Below the pieces are notes generated by a model. The model did not search any database and was not told where the DNA came from. It saw only the letters and a list, made by a program, of their open reading frames with translations. This document shows positions 1 to 10,030 of a stretch of DNA of 64,000 nucleotides, one piece after another; position 1 is the stretch's first letter, and each line of letters starts with the position of its first letter. Source of the stretch: Nostoc sp. DedSLP01 (lineage in GTDB: Bacteria > Cyanobacteriota > Cyanobacteriia > Cyanobacteriales > Nostocaceae); contig JAVRCJ020000005.1 in the NCBI GenBank assembly GCA_034530875.2, positions 32,001 to 96,000 of the forward strand, given 5' to 3'. A program made the position numbers and the translations under genes.

Positions 1-1047
1 TACTAACACAACCGCACCCCCAAGCCGATACTGAGAACGGATTTGGCAATAACGAATCATTCCAAATCTATGGAGAATGCTCACAGCTAAGGAGCATAAT
101 GCTACTGAACCGCAAATCAGCCATCGGTGGGAATCGGGTAAGGCTAGAGTTGGTTTACTCAACAAAATTTCTTCTACTCCCACTCCAGCCGCAGCAATCC
201 CAACCACTAGGGGGAAATGAGTGTACAGCCACAGATAAACAACACCAGTTTTTCCATACGTCCGTGCTATCTCAATCGGTTTACCGCCGAGATTATCAAA
301 ATAGACCCACCACCAGCAAAAAGCAATAATTAAACCAAATATGGCAGCAATTACAGTTAAAGTGTTCCATTTTTGCTCGGAAACACCATTGACCACCCCG
401 ATAATTGCTTCACCCAAAACAATAATAGTAAACAGTCCGAAACGTTCCGGTAAGTGGGAGGCATGGGGGAGGAATCCGAGTTGAAATTTACGTGCTGTTA
501 GGGGCGTAGTAAAGTCGATCGCGATCGCTAATGTCCACAGTGCGAATCGCCAGGGAACGGGTACAAATGCCGAAATCAACCAAAGGAAAGCAGCGATCGC
601 AAAACCAATTGCGTGGCGATTCGTCAAAGGACGTGCTAAAGGTATGTGTATGCCCGCACGCACGTATTCTATCACCAGCACAGCCCGACCGAGAGCATAA
701 GAAAGGGCAAAACCAGGAGAACTTTCACCTAAACCGTGGTGTATATTTACAGCCATTGCAGCTGCCGTCAGCATTTGTATAGCAATTAGCAGGCGATGTC
801 CGACATCATCGCTATCAAAACGGTTAGCGTAAAATGTAGTACCAATCCACGACCACCAAACAGGTATAAATAAAACTATAAACCCAAGCAATCCGGAAAG
901 TGAGATGTCCTCCTTGAGATTGTGAGCGAGTTGAGAAACTGCAACTACAAACACCAAATCATAAAAAAGTTCTAGCCAAGTGGCACGCCGTTCTTCCTCA
1001 GAACCTTCACCAATCCGCAACCTTGGTGGTTGAATAAAATTTGCCAT
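1..1047 (-). CDS. Low temperature requirement protein A (LtrA) family membrane protein, 3' end runs off the window
   Basis: Not in the ORF track; translated by hand from ATG at 1047: MANFIQPPRLRIGEGSEEERRATWLELFYDLVFVVAV, and in the same frame HLPERFGLFTIIVLGE; both are LtrA-family motifs. Confidence 0.85.
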   Translation of the reverse strand, partial: MANFIQPPRLRIGEGSEEERRATWLELFYDLVFVVAVSQLAHNLKEDISLSGLLGFIVLFIPVWWSWIGTTFYANRFDSDDVGHRLLIAIQMLTAAAMAVNIHHGLGESSPGFALSYALGRAVLVIEYVRAGIHIPLARPLTNRHAIGFAIAAFLWLISAFVPVPWRFALWTLAIAIDFTTPLTARKFQLGFLPHASHLPERFGLFTIIVLGEAIIGVVNGVSEQKWNTLTVIAAIFGLIIAFCWWWVYFDNLGGKPIEIARTYGKTGVVYLWLYTHFPLVVGIAAAGVGVEEILLSKPTLALPDSHRWLICGSVALCSLAVSILHRFGMIRYCQIRSQYRLGGAVVLV

Positions 1048-1129
1048 AGTGGTATGAGCGATCGCTAATAAGTATCTGTTCGCTCATTTTAAGAGGATAA
1101 AGGGGTGAAGAAATAGAGGGGCAGGAGAG

Positions 1130-1225
1130 ATGAGGAGATGGGGAAGTGTGGGGAGTGTGGGGAGTGTGGGAGGATGGGGAAGAAATCTTTCCCATCCTCC
1201 CACACTCCCTGCTTGCCCCATGCCC
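1130..1225. repeat. Dispersed composite palindromic repeat, copy 1 (GGGGAGTGT units, hairpin, CCTGYTTGCCC tail)
   Basis: Related sequence recurs at about 14616-14721 and 23872-24037. Confidence 0.75.
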
Positions 1226-1249
1226 TAAAATATAAATATTTCACTAAAT

Positions 1250-2056
1250 ATGCACAGCTTTATTCCACCAGAACGCTTTTTCCCTTATCTGAGTTGGACT
1301 GACATTGAGGCAATGCCAGATAAAGAAAATGCGGTCATCATCCAACCAGTAGGGGCAATAGAACAACATGGCCCCCATCTGCCGTTAATTGTAGATGCTG
1401 CTATTGGTGTGGGAGTACTGGGGAAAGCATTGGAACAGCTCGACGCCAGTATTCCGGCTTATGCTTTGCCAACGCTTTATTATGGGAAATCTAACGAACA
1501 CTGGCACTTTCCCGGTACGATTACTCTCAGTACCCAAACTCTGACGGCAATTATTATGGAAGTGGGAGAAAGTATTTACCGTGCTGGGTTTAGAAAATTG
1601 GTGTTAATGAACTCCCACGGCGGACAACCCCAAGTCATGCAAATGGCAGCGCGGGATTTACATGTCAAATATGATGACTTTTTAGTATTTCCCTTATTTA
1701 CTTGGCGCGTGCCTAATATTACTAAGGAATTATTAACGCCAAAGGAAGCAACGCTAGGAATGCACGCTGGAGATGCAGAAACTAGCATTATGTTATCGAT
1801 TTTGCCAGAACAAGTAAAACTAGAAAAAGCTGTTGCAGAGTATCCGCCAGAACAATCGGAAACTAGTTTGTTGAGTTTAGAGGGGAAGTTACCTGTAGCT
1901 TGGGTAACGCGAGATATCAGTAAAAGTGGGGTGATTGGCGACGCCACAACGGCAACTAAAGAAAAAGGCGATCGCATTCTCGAATCTGTCGCTAACGGTT
2001 GGGTACAAGTGATTCAAGAAATTTACGCTTTTCAACAACCAAGAGTTAAAAGTTAA
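1250..2056 (+). CDS. Creatininase/creatinine amidohydrolase family protein
   Basis: Motifs PVGAIEQHGPHLP, SNEHWHFPGT, NSHGGQ, HAGDAETS. Confidence 0.9.
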   Translation: MHSFIPPERFFPYLSWTDIEAMPDKENAVIIQPVGAIEQHGPHLPLIVDAAIGVGVLGKALEQLDASIPAYALPTLYYGKSNEHWHFPGTITLSTQTLTAIIMEVGESIYRAGFRKLVLMNSHGGQPQVMQMAARDLHVKYDDFLVFPLFTWRVPNITKELLTPKEATLGMHAGDAETSIMLSILPEQVKLEKAVAEYPPEQSETSLLSLEGKLPVAWVTRDISKSGVIGDATTATKEKGDRILESVANGWVQVIQEIYAFQQPRVKS

Positions 2057-2183
2057 CAATGGCTTAGATGCGCTACAGCGTTGAAATTTGTTAATCTAAG
2101 AATAATAGAAGTACTACTAGCATCGCTAGTTAAAGTGTATCTGGCATTAAATTCCTCTTGAAAGTTTTATCACAAAAAGAATT

Positions 2184-2687
2184 ATGACGGCCTTTGAACC
2201 TCAAAGCATCCGATCTTATAGTCAAGAAGATGTACAACAAATTTTAAATTTAGCGATCGCTCGTCAAGCTAATGACAAAGACACAGAATTTTCTTACGAG
2301 CAGCTATTAGAAATTGCTGCTGAGTTAGAAATTTCACCAGAGTCTTTAAAATTAGCAGAACGCGATTGGATAATGCAACAAAGCCAAGTCCAACAACGAA
2401 GAGCTTTTGACACCTACCGCAAAAGAATGCTTCAGAAGCGTCTCGGCAATTATGCAATTTTCAATAGCTTTTTGATACTTGTGGATTTAATCGCTGGTGG
2501 CGGCATTTCTTGGTCGGTATACATTTTACTATTTTGTGGATTGCCAGTAGGACTTGATATCTGGAATACCTTTCAAATTAAAGGCGAAGAGTACGAAATG
2601 GCATTCCAAAGATGGAACCGCAAGCATCAAATTAAGAAAACTATCAGTACAGTTTTAAATAAATGGTTTAAAGCGTTGCAGGCTTAG
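2184..2687 (+). CDS. 2TM-domain membrane protein
   Basis: 167 aa; N-terminal YSQEDVQQIL helical region followed by two hydrophobic segments. Confidence 0.7.
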   Translation: MTAFEPQSIRSYSQEDVQQILNLAIARQANDKDTEFSYEQLLEIAAELEISPESLKLAERDWIMQQSQVQQRRAFDTYRKRMLQKRLGNYAIFNSFLILVDLIAGGGISWSVYILLFCGLPVGLDIWNTFQIKGEEYEMAFQRWNRKHQIKKTISTVLNKWFKALQA

Positions 2688-2882
2688 TACAGCTTTGCTG
2701 AAAATCGTAGTGAATTGAGGGTTGAAGTTTAAACGCAAAGGGTGCAGAGGTAAGCGCAAAGGTACGCAGAGAAGTCACTACGAATTAATGAAATGTTGTA
2801 CTTAGTTTAGTGTTTTTTGCTCCTTCAAACTAAAACCCCACAGCCAAACCGCGCTAAAATTGGCCTCAATGCAACGTATGTT

Positions 2883-2896
2883 GTATAACACAATAC
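2883..2896. promoter_or_regulatory. GTA-N8-TAC dyad directly upstream of the HxlR-type regulator (possible autoregulatory operator or NtcA site)
   Basis: GTATAACACAATAC ends 10 nt before the ATG at 2907. Confidence 0.3.
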
Positions 2897-2906
2897 CATC
2901 GTATCT

Positions 2907-3275
2907 ATGAAAGCTGAAGCAGAAAACTATCCCAGGCTGACTTGTGAAGTGGAAACTACGCTTAAGGTGATTGGCGGACGGTGGAAGGTTTTGATTATTA
3001 GAGAATTAATGACGGGAGTAAAACGCTTTGGCGAGTTGCAGCGGGCTTTACCTGGAATCACTCAAAAGATGTTGACTCAGCAACTCAAAGAAATGCAGGA
3101 AGACGGTATTATTCATCGAGAAGTTTATCCCCAAATTCCTCCCAAAGTAGAATATTCGCTGACACCTTTGGGAGAAACTTTGCAACCCATTCTTTATGCT
3201 ATGCATGAATGGGCTATTAAACATTTTGCTCAAGCCAACCATCATCAATCTGAGCGAATAATTACTAATTCGTAA
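2907..3275 (+). CDS. HxlR/DUF24 family winged-helix transcriptional regulator
   Basis: [54 protein letters not shown]-terminal Cys retained. Confidence 0.92.
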   Translation: MKAEAENYPRLTCEVETTLKVIGGRWKVLIIRELMTGVKRFGELQRALPGITQKMLTQQLKEMQEDGIIHREVYPQIPPKVEYSLTPLGETLQPILYAMHEWAIKHFAQANHHQSERIITNS

Positions 3276-3343
3276 TTCGTAATTTTAGATGTTTAAAATT
3301 GTTGGCGTCAGCAACAAAAATAGTCCTTGATTGTGCAATAACA

Positions 3344-4771
3344 TTAATCTTTAGCGTTTCTTTGAGTCTGCAATCTGAGGTCTTCTGGCTGCAAACTGAA
3401 CAACCCGTACCAGTGGCGAACTGCTAACCAGATGGCTGAGAGCAAACCTGCAAGACTGAGAGTGAGGCCGCTAAACGGAACTAATAAACCAAAAACGGGT
3501 AATATTGCTCCAGCAATAGTACAGATGATAGCAGCAAGGGAAGCACTGCGGCTAGCACCCAATCCCCATGTCAAAATTAATAAAATAATGGAAATAAAAG
3601 TCCAAGCCAACTGAGCATTCATCAACCGAGCTAGATAGGTCAAAGCTAACAGACAAGCAAAGAAAATACTAGCAGCGATCGCTATATTTTTGAAGCTCAT
3701 TGGAAATGACAAATATAACAATAATATCCACCACAGAAAGATGGCTGGCGCTAACAACAATAGCCGGGGAATAACGCCAGTATGACGAATTGGCTCGGTG
3801 TTGGTAAACACTCCAAAGGGATTTTTGACTGAAACATTATCGTCAAATATCCAAGTAAATTGAGTGCTGCGTCCATCAACTTTAATCTCATTAGGAACAA
3901 TACCACTGGCAAAATCAGCGGGAGCAAAGTTAGCAATTGCGGTGAGGCGGAAATTAGAAAGCAACTGTCTGGTAGCATTATAAACCCAGCGCGGCGCACC
4001 TTGAGCTTGATAGGTAACTCGAAAGGTGGCTGTTTCCCCTGGTTGCAGACGGAAGGGAAAACCATAATCTCCGGGATTGGTTTGCTGTAGCCTATTACCG
4101 TCACGCTCTACTTTATAGCTAGCAAGTAGTGAATAGTTGTCAGGCGGCGGTGCTTCAAAGAAAAAATTATTAATATCTTTGAGTTGGTTAACTACTTTAT
4201 AGTCAGCAATGTATTCTACGCGATAAACTGAACTGCGCCCTGGAACATCTACACTTTGGTCGAGTTTGACTTGAATTTGCGAACCAGCCAATGTTAAGTA
4301 GCGGGTAACTTCTCGCGTATCATTGACCTTAACTATCTTGTTATTGACTTGAGTAGTATATGAATATGGCTCTTGAATAGAGTAGCGCACTTGGGGCGCA
4401 GACTGTTCGAGTCTTTCCCCGGCGACACTTTCAGCGACTTGAGCCACCCTTGCTTGTTCCCAGTAGTGGTAGCGGTTACTCAAAGTAGAACAGAGAAAAA
4501 ATCCCGGCACTAACAGAATTAATACTAAAGTTAAATGTTGCAATCCCCGCAATAGTTGAGAATAACGAATCCCCCATTCGCCAATGAAAATAACATTTTC
4601 TGGCTGGTGACGACGTAAAGCAAAACTAAGCAAAGCGATCGCAATTCCCAAAGCGATCGCTAAAAATACTAATAATAATGAAGCTTTAAGTGCTTGGCTT
4701 CCAAATTGGACAAGTTCAATCGGATGCGTTAAATCGGGTAATCCAGGAATACCTTGAGCAGTAGATAACAT
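3344..4771 (-). CDS. Multi-pass membrane protein of unknown function
   Basis: Long ORF (track start 4855; ATG at 4771 preferred); N-terminal TM segments, soluble domain, several C-terminal TM segments. Confidence 0.7.
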   Translation of the reverse strand: MLSTAQGIPGLPDLTHPIELVQFGSQALKASLLLVFLAIALGIAIALLSFALRRHQPENVIFIGEWGIRYSQLLRGLQHLTLVLILLVPGFFLCSTLSNRYHYWEQARVAQVAESVAGERLEQSAPQVRYSIQEPYSYTTQVNNKIVKVNDTREVTRYLTLAGSQIQVKLDQSVDVPGRSSVYRVEYIADYKVVNQLKDINNFFFEAPPPDNYSLLASYKVERDGNRLQQTNPGDYGFPFRLQPGETATFRVTYQAQGAPRWVYNATRQLLSNFRLTAIANFAPADFASGIVPNEIKVDGRSTQFTWIFDDNVSVKNPFGVFTNTEPIRHTGVIPRLLLLAPAIFLWWILLLYLSFPMSFKNIAIAASIFFACLLALTYLARLMNAQLAWTFISIILLILTWGLGASRSASLAAIICTIAGAILPVFGLLVPFSGLTLSLAGLLSAIWLAVRHWYGLFSLQPEDLRLQTQRNAKD

Positions 4772-4879
4772 TGGCGTTCTCTTGCAGATTGTGGAGAACC
4801 AGACCGATAATTTCTCGCAAAAGTTTCTCCACAATAGTTTAATATGATACGCCAACGGTTACGAACAAATAATTACGAA

Positions 4880-6169
4880 TTATTGTGACCGATCTAACCG
4901 CCGTTGCCATTCAGCATCAATTTGTGCGGAATTTTCAGCTTCCTGTTCTAGTAAGTCAGTTTCAGTGGAGTATACCAAGTCTTCATTACCAATGAATTTT
5001 TCTGCGGCAAACTGATGGGCAAAGTCAAGCTTTTGCTGCAAAGAAGTATCCGCGCTTGCTAATAGCCTAGCGCGAGCAAGGCGATCGCGGTTGCGTGCAG
5101 CAATTTTTTTATTGCGCCACTGAATCCAAAAATAACGCAATAAGGGTATCCCCAAAAAGCCAACTCCATAAGCCAACAGCAGCCAATAAATTCCACCAAC
5201 AAAAGCTACCAGTCCGCCTATTTGAGCAGCAACCGTACCATCTCTCAATAAACTTCCCAATACTAAAGCGCCAACAAAATTGACTATACCCAAGCCAGCA
5301 CTCAGCATAATTTGTCCGGAACTTGCCACACTAAAACGCCAGGGAAATTCCTCCAAGTAAACTGATATTGAATCACGGCGCTTTTTAGCTGCACTTACTT
5401 GTAATTCTGGGAAGTAATATACAATTTGCCCGTGGTCGCTGACGGATGGTTGTCCGTTAAATCGCGTCAGAACCGGCAACATATAATCTTCGTAATCTCT
5501 TTTATATTCCTCACCAATGTCATCGAGATATGGCGAAATTTGTTCGGCTACTACTGCGCCACGGTTATTCCGAATCACCGTAGCGATTTCTTGCCAGCGA
5601 CGTTCTTCTAAATTGGCGTTCGGATTACCATCACCAAATAAAAACGAAAACACAGCTTCAAAGAAATTCAAATCGCTTTTTTCTCGTCTTTCATATCGGC
5701 GTTGCTGGTAGTTGGTGCTATAACCCGGGTCGAGATACCAAAAGAAATTTGGGAAATAGAAGAAACCGCCACCAAAATTACTGCTGCCATTATCGCGATC
5801 GCGGTCGGAATTTGCAGCGGTGATAATGATGAAGATGGTAACAGTTATCAGAAAGATAGAAACAGTTAATAAAATTCCAAAAGAAATGCGAATCAAGTAA
5901 AACAGCACATTCCAGACTTTTTTCCACCATTCTTGCAATCGTAATCGGAAGTATTTATTACGTAGAATTGAGCGAAAATTTTTCGGAAATAGGTAAACAA
6001 TATCACCCGAATCTGCTACTTGTAAATGTCCGCCAGCATCAGATGCTAGGGCTAATAACCCAAGATTCGCTTCACCGACATTCAATCCTGCCTGAGTTGC
6101 CACATCGCCAATGGTGACGCGGTAACCCAGTTGTTCCACAGCTTGCATAATGGTGGGATTGAGAGTCAT
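4880..6169 (-). CDS. Conserved cyanobacterial/plastid membrane protein of unknown function
   Basis: 429 aa; RVTIGDVATQAG, FSFLFGDGNPN, two TM regions. Confidence 0.75.
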   Translation of the reverse strand: MTLNPTIMQAVEQLGYRVTIGDVATQAGLNVGEANLGLLALASDAGGHLQVADSGDIVYLFPKNFRSILRNKYFRLRLQEWWKKVWNVLFYLIRISFGILLTVSIFLITVTIFIIITAANSDRDRDNGSSNFGGGFFYFPNFFWYLDPGYSTNYQQRRYERREKSDLNFFEAVFSFLFGDGNPNANLEERRWQEIATVIRNNRGAVVAEQISPYLDDIGEEYKRDYEDYMLPVLTRFNGQPSVSDHGQIVYYFPELQVSAAKKRRDSISVYLEEFPWRFSVASSGQIMLSAGLGIVNFVGALVLGSLLRDGTVAAQIGGLVAFVGGIYWLLLAYGVGFLGIPLLRYFWIQWRNKKIAARNRDRLARARLLASADTSLQQKLDFAHQFAAEKFIGNEDLVYSTETDLLEQEAENSAQIDAEWQRRLDRSQ

Positions 6170-6457
6170 TCCTCTACCCTCCTGCGAAATATACTCTTCT
6201 TTTTCAAGTATAAAGTTTTATTTTCAGCGCCTTGTCCAAGGCAGAATTTAAAAAAACCAACAACGACATATTCCCTTGTCTTCTCGATAATTGATAGCAG
6301 CTAAACCATAGCTTAGGACATCAACTGCCCGGAAAACACAGACAACAAGAGACTTTCAAACTTGTTCCCTGTTCCCTCCGATAAAAAATAACTTAAGACG
6401 CAATATATTATAGTTATCGTCCTTGGTTTAATTAACCAGCAACTTTTCTGCTTAAAT

Positions 6458-6937
6458 ATGGTTCAGTACACTCTTGCTCAAAGCCCAGAAATTATTCTTA
6501 CTGTTTCTGGAAAAGATTCAGCCAAAGCCCGTGATAAGGCAATGGATCAGTTGATGGAACTGATGGATGCAGGTAAACTTCCTACAGAACTCGAAGAAGG
6601 GTTTGGCCCTCAGCAATTAATTGAGGTTAAAGAACCAAGTATTGATACTGCTAACGGTGAGGATACCATTACACAAGCTGTTCAGATTTTGAGTAACTTG
6701 GCCACGCTCAAACTAAAAGTCCAAGAGTCACGAACTGAAGCTTTGGAAATTCGCAAAGCTGTTGATGTTTTATTCACCGACGAGTCGGTGAGTGAAGAGG
6801 AAATTACTCGGCTTAAAGAAGGCTTTAAAATTTTGAAAAATTTTGCTCAAGCTAATGTGCGTTACCAAGAAGCACGAGTTAAAGCAGAAGAAGCTAGGCA
6901 GGTTTTAGATCGAGCTCTTCACACGCCTGACAAGTAA
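6458..6937 (+). CDS. Hypothetical coiled-coil protein
   Basis: 159-aa ORF with protein-like composition. Confidence 0.7.
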   Translation: MVQYTLAQSPEIILTVSGKDSAKARDKAMDQLMELMDAGKLPTELEEGFGPQQLIEVKEPSIDTANGEDTITQAVQILSNLATLKLKVQESRTEALEIRKAVDVLFTDESVSEEEITRLKEGFKILKNFAQANVRYQEARVKAEEARQVLDRALHTPDK

Positions 6938-6977
6938 CGCTCGAACAATGAACCTTCAGTTATCTAATTCAAATGCA

Positions 6978-7004
6978 AAAGACAGGCTTGTTATGCCTGC
7001 CTTT
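6978..7004. terminator. Hairpin between the convergent CDS and tRNA
   Basis: AAAGACAGGC-ttgttat-GCCTGCCTTT imperfect stem. Confidence 0.45.
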
Positions 7005-7011
7005 CGCTTTA

Positions 7012-7083
7012 CTGGGGCGCTAGGATTCGAACCTAGGGATGGCGGGACCAAAACCCGCTGCCTTACCACTTGGCTACGCCCCA
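7012..7083 (-). tRNA. trnQ: tRNA-Gln (anticodon TTG)
   Basis: Reverse complement TGGGGCGTAGCCAAGTGGTAAGGCAGCGGGTTTTGGTCCCGCCATCCCTAGGTTCGAATCCTAGCGCCCCAG folds as a cloverleaf; TTG anticodon, GTTCGAATC T-loop. Confidence 0.97.
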
Positions 7084-7455
7084 ACAACTTCACCCTACTT
7101 AATATAGCAGTTACTCATGGGTTTGTGTCAAGTATTTTTATAGTTGATTTGAGAACCTGGGTTTTTACATAGCGCTAGACTACGGCAGTGTCCGCGCAAC
7201 AGGAGCGAGACAAACCTAACTTTGGCATCTCGAAAGAGTATTGTTTGAGGACAAGCAAACAGATAGTTGCAATCCTCTCCATAAGCATCATACTTATAGA
7301 AGTAGAGTGTAGAGAGAAGCTTGCGATCGCTCCCAAAATTGTACTTCAGGCATTATAGCGGTTTGAGGTACATAAATTTGTATGGCGCAAAGCTTTGCGC
7401 CCCTACCCTGTACTTCACTACAATAGGAAATGCTATAGTTATTTTTTTACACGAA

Positions 7456-8301
7456 TTAATCAATTTCAATTAGTTCGAGTTCAATTTTTTGTCCGGTAAT
7501 AATGTGCAAAAATTGAGCTATTTTAATCAATAAAACTATTGCAGAACTACTTTGTGATTTAGTCAGTATCCAATTAGTAGTTTTAGCGGAGAACATTGCT
7601 TTACCTATAGACATACCTCTCAATTTTTGAAGTATTTTATAATTAGCAGTTTTGAATACTGAACCACAGTTCGGTGCTGTATTATCTTGATGTTCTTTTG
7701 CCCAAAGTTGTCTGGAAACTACAGGGTTTTCTGTAAATTCTATGCGTTCAAATTTGAAAACTGCACTCAATATCAATTTTGAGTGCATACCAGTAAATAT
7801 AGTTTCTCGATAATCTCGTACAATTTGACTCTTATCAAGTGTTTTTATAGATCCATCTTCAAAGAAAGTTACAGTTTCAACAAAGTCGTATATTGTACAT
7901 CCATGTTGTCTTCCCCTACCAGCGTTCATTGCTAATGCACCGCCAATTGTTGCTGGTACAGACGCAAGATAATAAAAAGAATCCAATGAGTTTTGGTAAC
8001 AGTACTTTAATACTTCCATCACTGAAATAGAAGAAGACACTTCTACTCTCCCTTCAGATAGAGAATTTATGTACTTAGGTAGTTTATTTTTTAGTATCAA
8101 TGATTGGATATTCTTTTTCACAAATAGCGTGTTAGAGCCATTTCCAATAATATAAATTTTTACGTTATTATCTTTGGCCCAATCACAGTATTCCTGAAGG
8201 TCGTCAATACTAGCTATCTCTCCTACTCGCTCAAAGTGATGTTTCGTTCTATAGTGCGAAAGACTAGTAGATGTTAAAGGTTCAATCTTCAAATTAGACA
8301 T
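7456..8301 (-). CDS. MurB-like FAD-dependent enolpyruvyl reductase (paralog in glycan cluster)
   Basis: IIGNGSN, PATIGGALAMNAG, YRETIF, PNCGSVFK, terminal ELE; ATG at 8301 lies 10 nt after the upstream stop. Confidence 0.85.
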   Translation of the reverse strand: MSNLKIEPLTSTSLSHYRTKHHFERVGEIASIDDLQEYCDWAKDNNVKIYIIGNGSNTLFVKKNIQSLILKNKLPKYINSLSEGRVEVSSSISVMEVLKYCYQNSLDSFYYLASVPATIGGALAMNAGRGRQHGCTIYDFVETVTFFEDGSIKTLDKSQIVRDYRETIFTGMHSKLILSAVFKFERIEFTENPVVSRQLWAKEHQDNTAPNCGSVFKTANYKILQKLRGMSIGKAMFSAKTTNWILTKSQSSSAIVLLIKIAQFLHIITGQKIELELIEID

Positions 8302-8311
8302 TTTAATTATT

Positions 8312-9418
8312 TTACTCCTGATTACATACCGCCTTACTTTTATCATCAAATGTTTCTGGCGAAATTGCTTGAAGTAAATATTTTTTTGATTCCAGTCTTC
8401 TGAATTCTAATATTTTAGATACCGAGTCATAATCAATATCAAATATTTCTTTATGAAGCGGTTGTCCTTTTTGATTCAGGGAAAATATACGGTTTTCTAA
8501 ATTTAAATCTCTCAACAAATCTGTGACTTTATTCTGTTTATCGCTACGAACAAGTACATTAAAAGGTTTCTGAAAAATAATAGAAAATATGGTGCCGTGA
8601 TAAGTATTAGTGACTATGTAAGATGCTTCACTAAATAGCCCAACCCATTCTTGTGGACTAGCACTTTCCAAATTGATTTGTGCTATTTCTTTAGGCTGAT
8701 CCACTGAAACTATAGTAAGATTTTCAGATTTTGCTAATGATTTAATAAATTCTTCTTCTTCTGGTTTGATTTGAGCATGAATATATAACAGAATATATTT
8801 ACCTTGGATTTTTGGACTAGTTTTAATTCTGTCATACTGAATTAAAAAAGTCGGATCTAAAACTTTTATTGCTTTTTGGTTACATTCATTATTAATAAGA
8901 TTAAAGCTATTAGTATCACGAACTAAAATAGTTTCAAATTGCTCGATTAAATTACAGATTGTCTCATGATAAATTCCTAACTTTACAGTATTGCCAAAAC
9001 TGGCAGCATAGCTGATCTTCCGGGTAGTTTGATTGCTAACAAAATCCAAAAAAAAAGCAGAATCAAAACCTCTAAAAGAATCTAAACACCATATTTGATC
9101 GCTACCACATACTACTACGTCATATTTATCGCGGTAGTAGTCTAAGCCTTTTTTGTCATAGAATTTTTTCTTACTCAGTTTCACATGAGAAACTAAAAAC
9201 CGTCTCATTTTCCAAGCTCTTGGAACATTAACCAAGATTTTTTTAGGCTGTTTGAGGGGAATTAAAGGTCTGAAATATTTCCATACTATCTTGAAAGGCC
9301 GATAATCTATTATTTCAACATCATAGCCAAGGCTATTCAGGAAAGTCCAAAGCGCACAAGCTTGGAGTGTTGCTCCGTAATTATTTACATGGTGAAAAGT
9401 TAAAATTCCAATTTTCAT
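8312..9418 (-). CDS. Polysaccharide pyruvyl transferase family protein
   Basis: MKIGILTFH..NYGATLQ, VCGSDQIW, ISYAASFG, VLDPTFL, TNTYHGTIFSI. Confidence 0.92.
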   Translation of the reverse strand: MKIGILTFHHVNNYGATLQACALWTFLNSLGYDVEIIDYRPFKIVWKYFRPLIPLKQPKKILVNVPRAWKMRRFLVSHVKLSKKKFYDKKGLDYYRDKYDVVVCGSDQIWCLDSFRGFDSAFFLDFVSNQTTRKISYAASFGNTVKLGIYHETICNLIEQFETILVRDTNSFNLINNECNQKAIKVLDPTFLIQYDRIKTSPKIQGKYILLYIHAQIKPEEEEFIKSLAKSENLTIVSVDQPKEIAQINLESASPQEWVGLFSEASYIVTNTYHGTIFSIIFQKPFNVLVRSDKQNKVTDLLRDLNLENRIFSLNQKGQPLHKEIFDIDYDSVSKILEFRRLESKKYLLQAISPETFDDKSKAVCNQE

Positions 9419-10030
9419 TTCTTCTAAGCGTGGTAAACTATAAAATTCGGAGCTAATTTGAAAGCGCTTAACTAACAGCTCTAGTTCTTTGTCTGAAAAC
9501 TAAAAAATATTCGCAATCTCATCTTGCTTATTGTGTATTTTTGAGTAAAAAAATCTCCCCAATGCAAGTAAAGTCAAAGTTTTTTGATTAGAATAAAAAA
9601 ACTAGAAGTAGAAAAATAACTATAGATACTAGTAGGCGATCGCTATTTATTCTACTAATCAAAATTCAGTCTTAAAATTTTTATTTCATAAAAGTTTGAT
9701 AAAGATTTCTTGAATTCATTCAACTATTGCTCGTCCAATCAAAAAATAAGTTTTTTTAAAAAATTCAAATGCTTGTTAATCGATAGGTAGCGTTTTCAAT
9801 ATGGTTTTATAACTCATGAATTAACATTGAAAGAAAGTATACCACAATCTTTTTGTACAGTCATAACTATTTCAGAAACTTTTTTGCATAAAATTAATTT
9901 ATTAGGTTAAGTATTTTTAATTTTAGTATTAAATAATTGACTATCTATAATTTTATAAATTGAAGTAATGTATAAATTTGCTAATTATTGGTTATCAGAG
10001 CATAGGCATAATATTTGATGTTTTACTTCC

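Noticed and set aside
99..782. Plus-strand ORFs 99-329 and 531-782
   Set aside because: They are antisense to the LtrA-family CDS, which has clear family motifs.
6948..7172. 74-aa plus-strand ORF
   Set aside because: It is the antisense reading of the tRNA-Gln gene.
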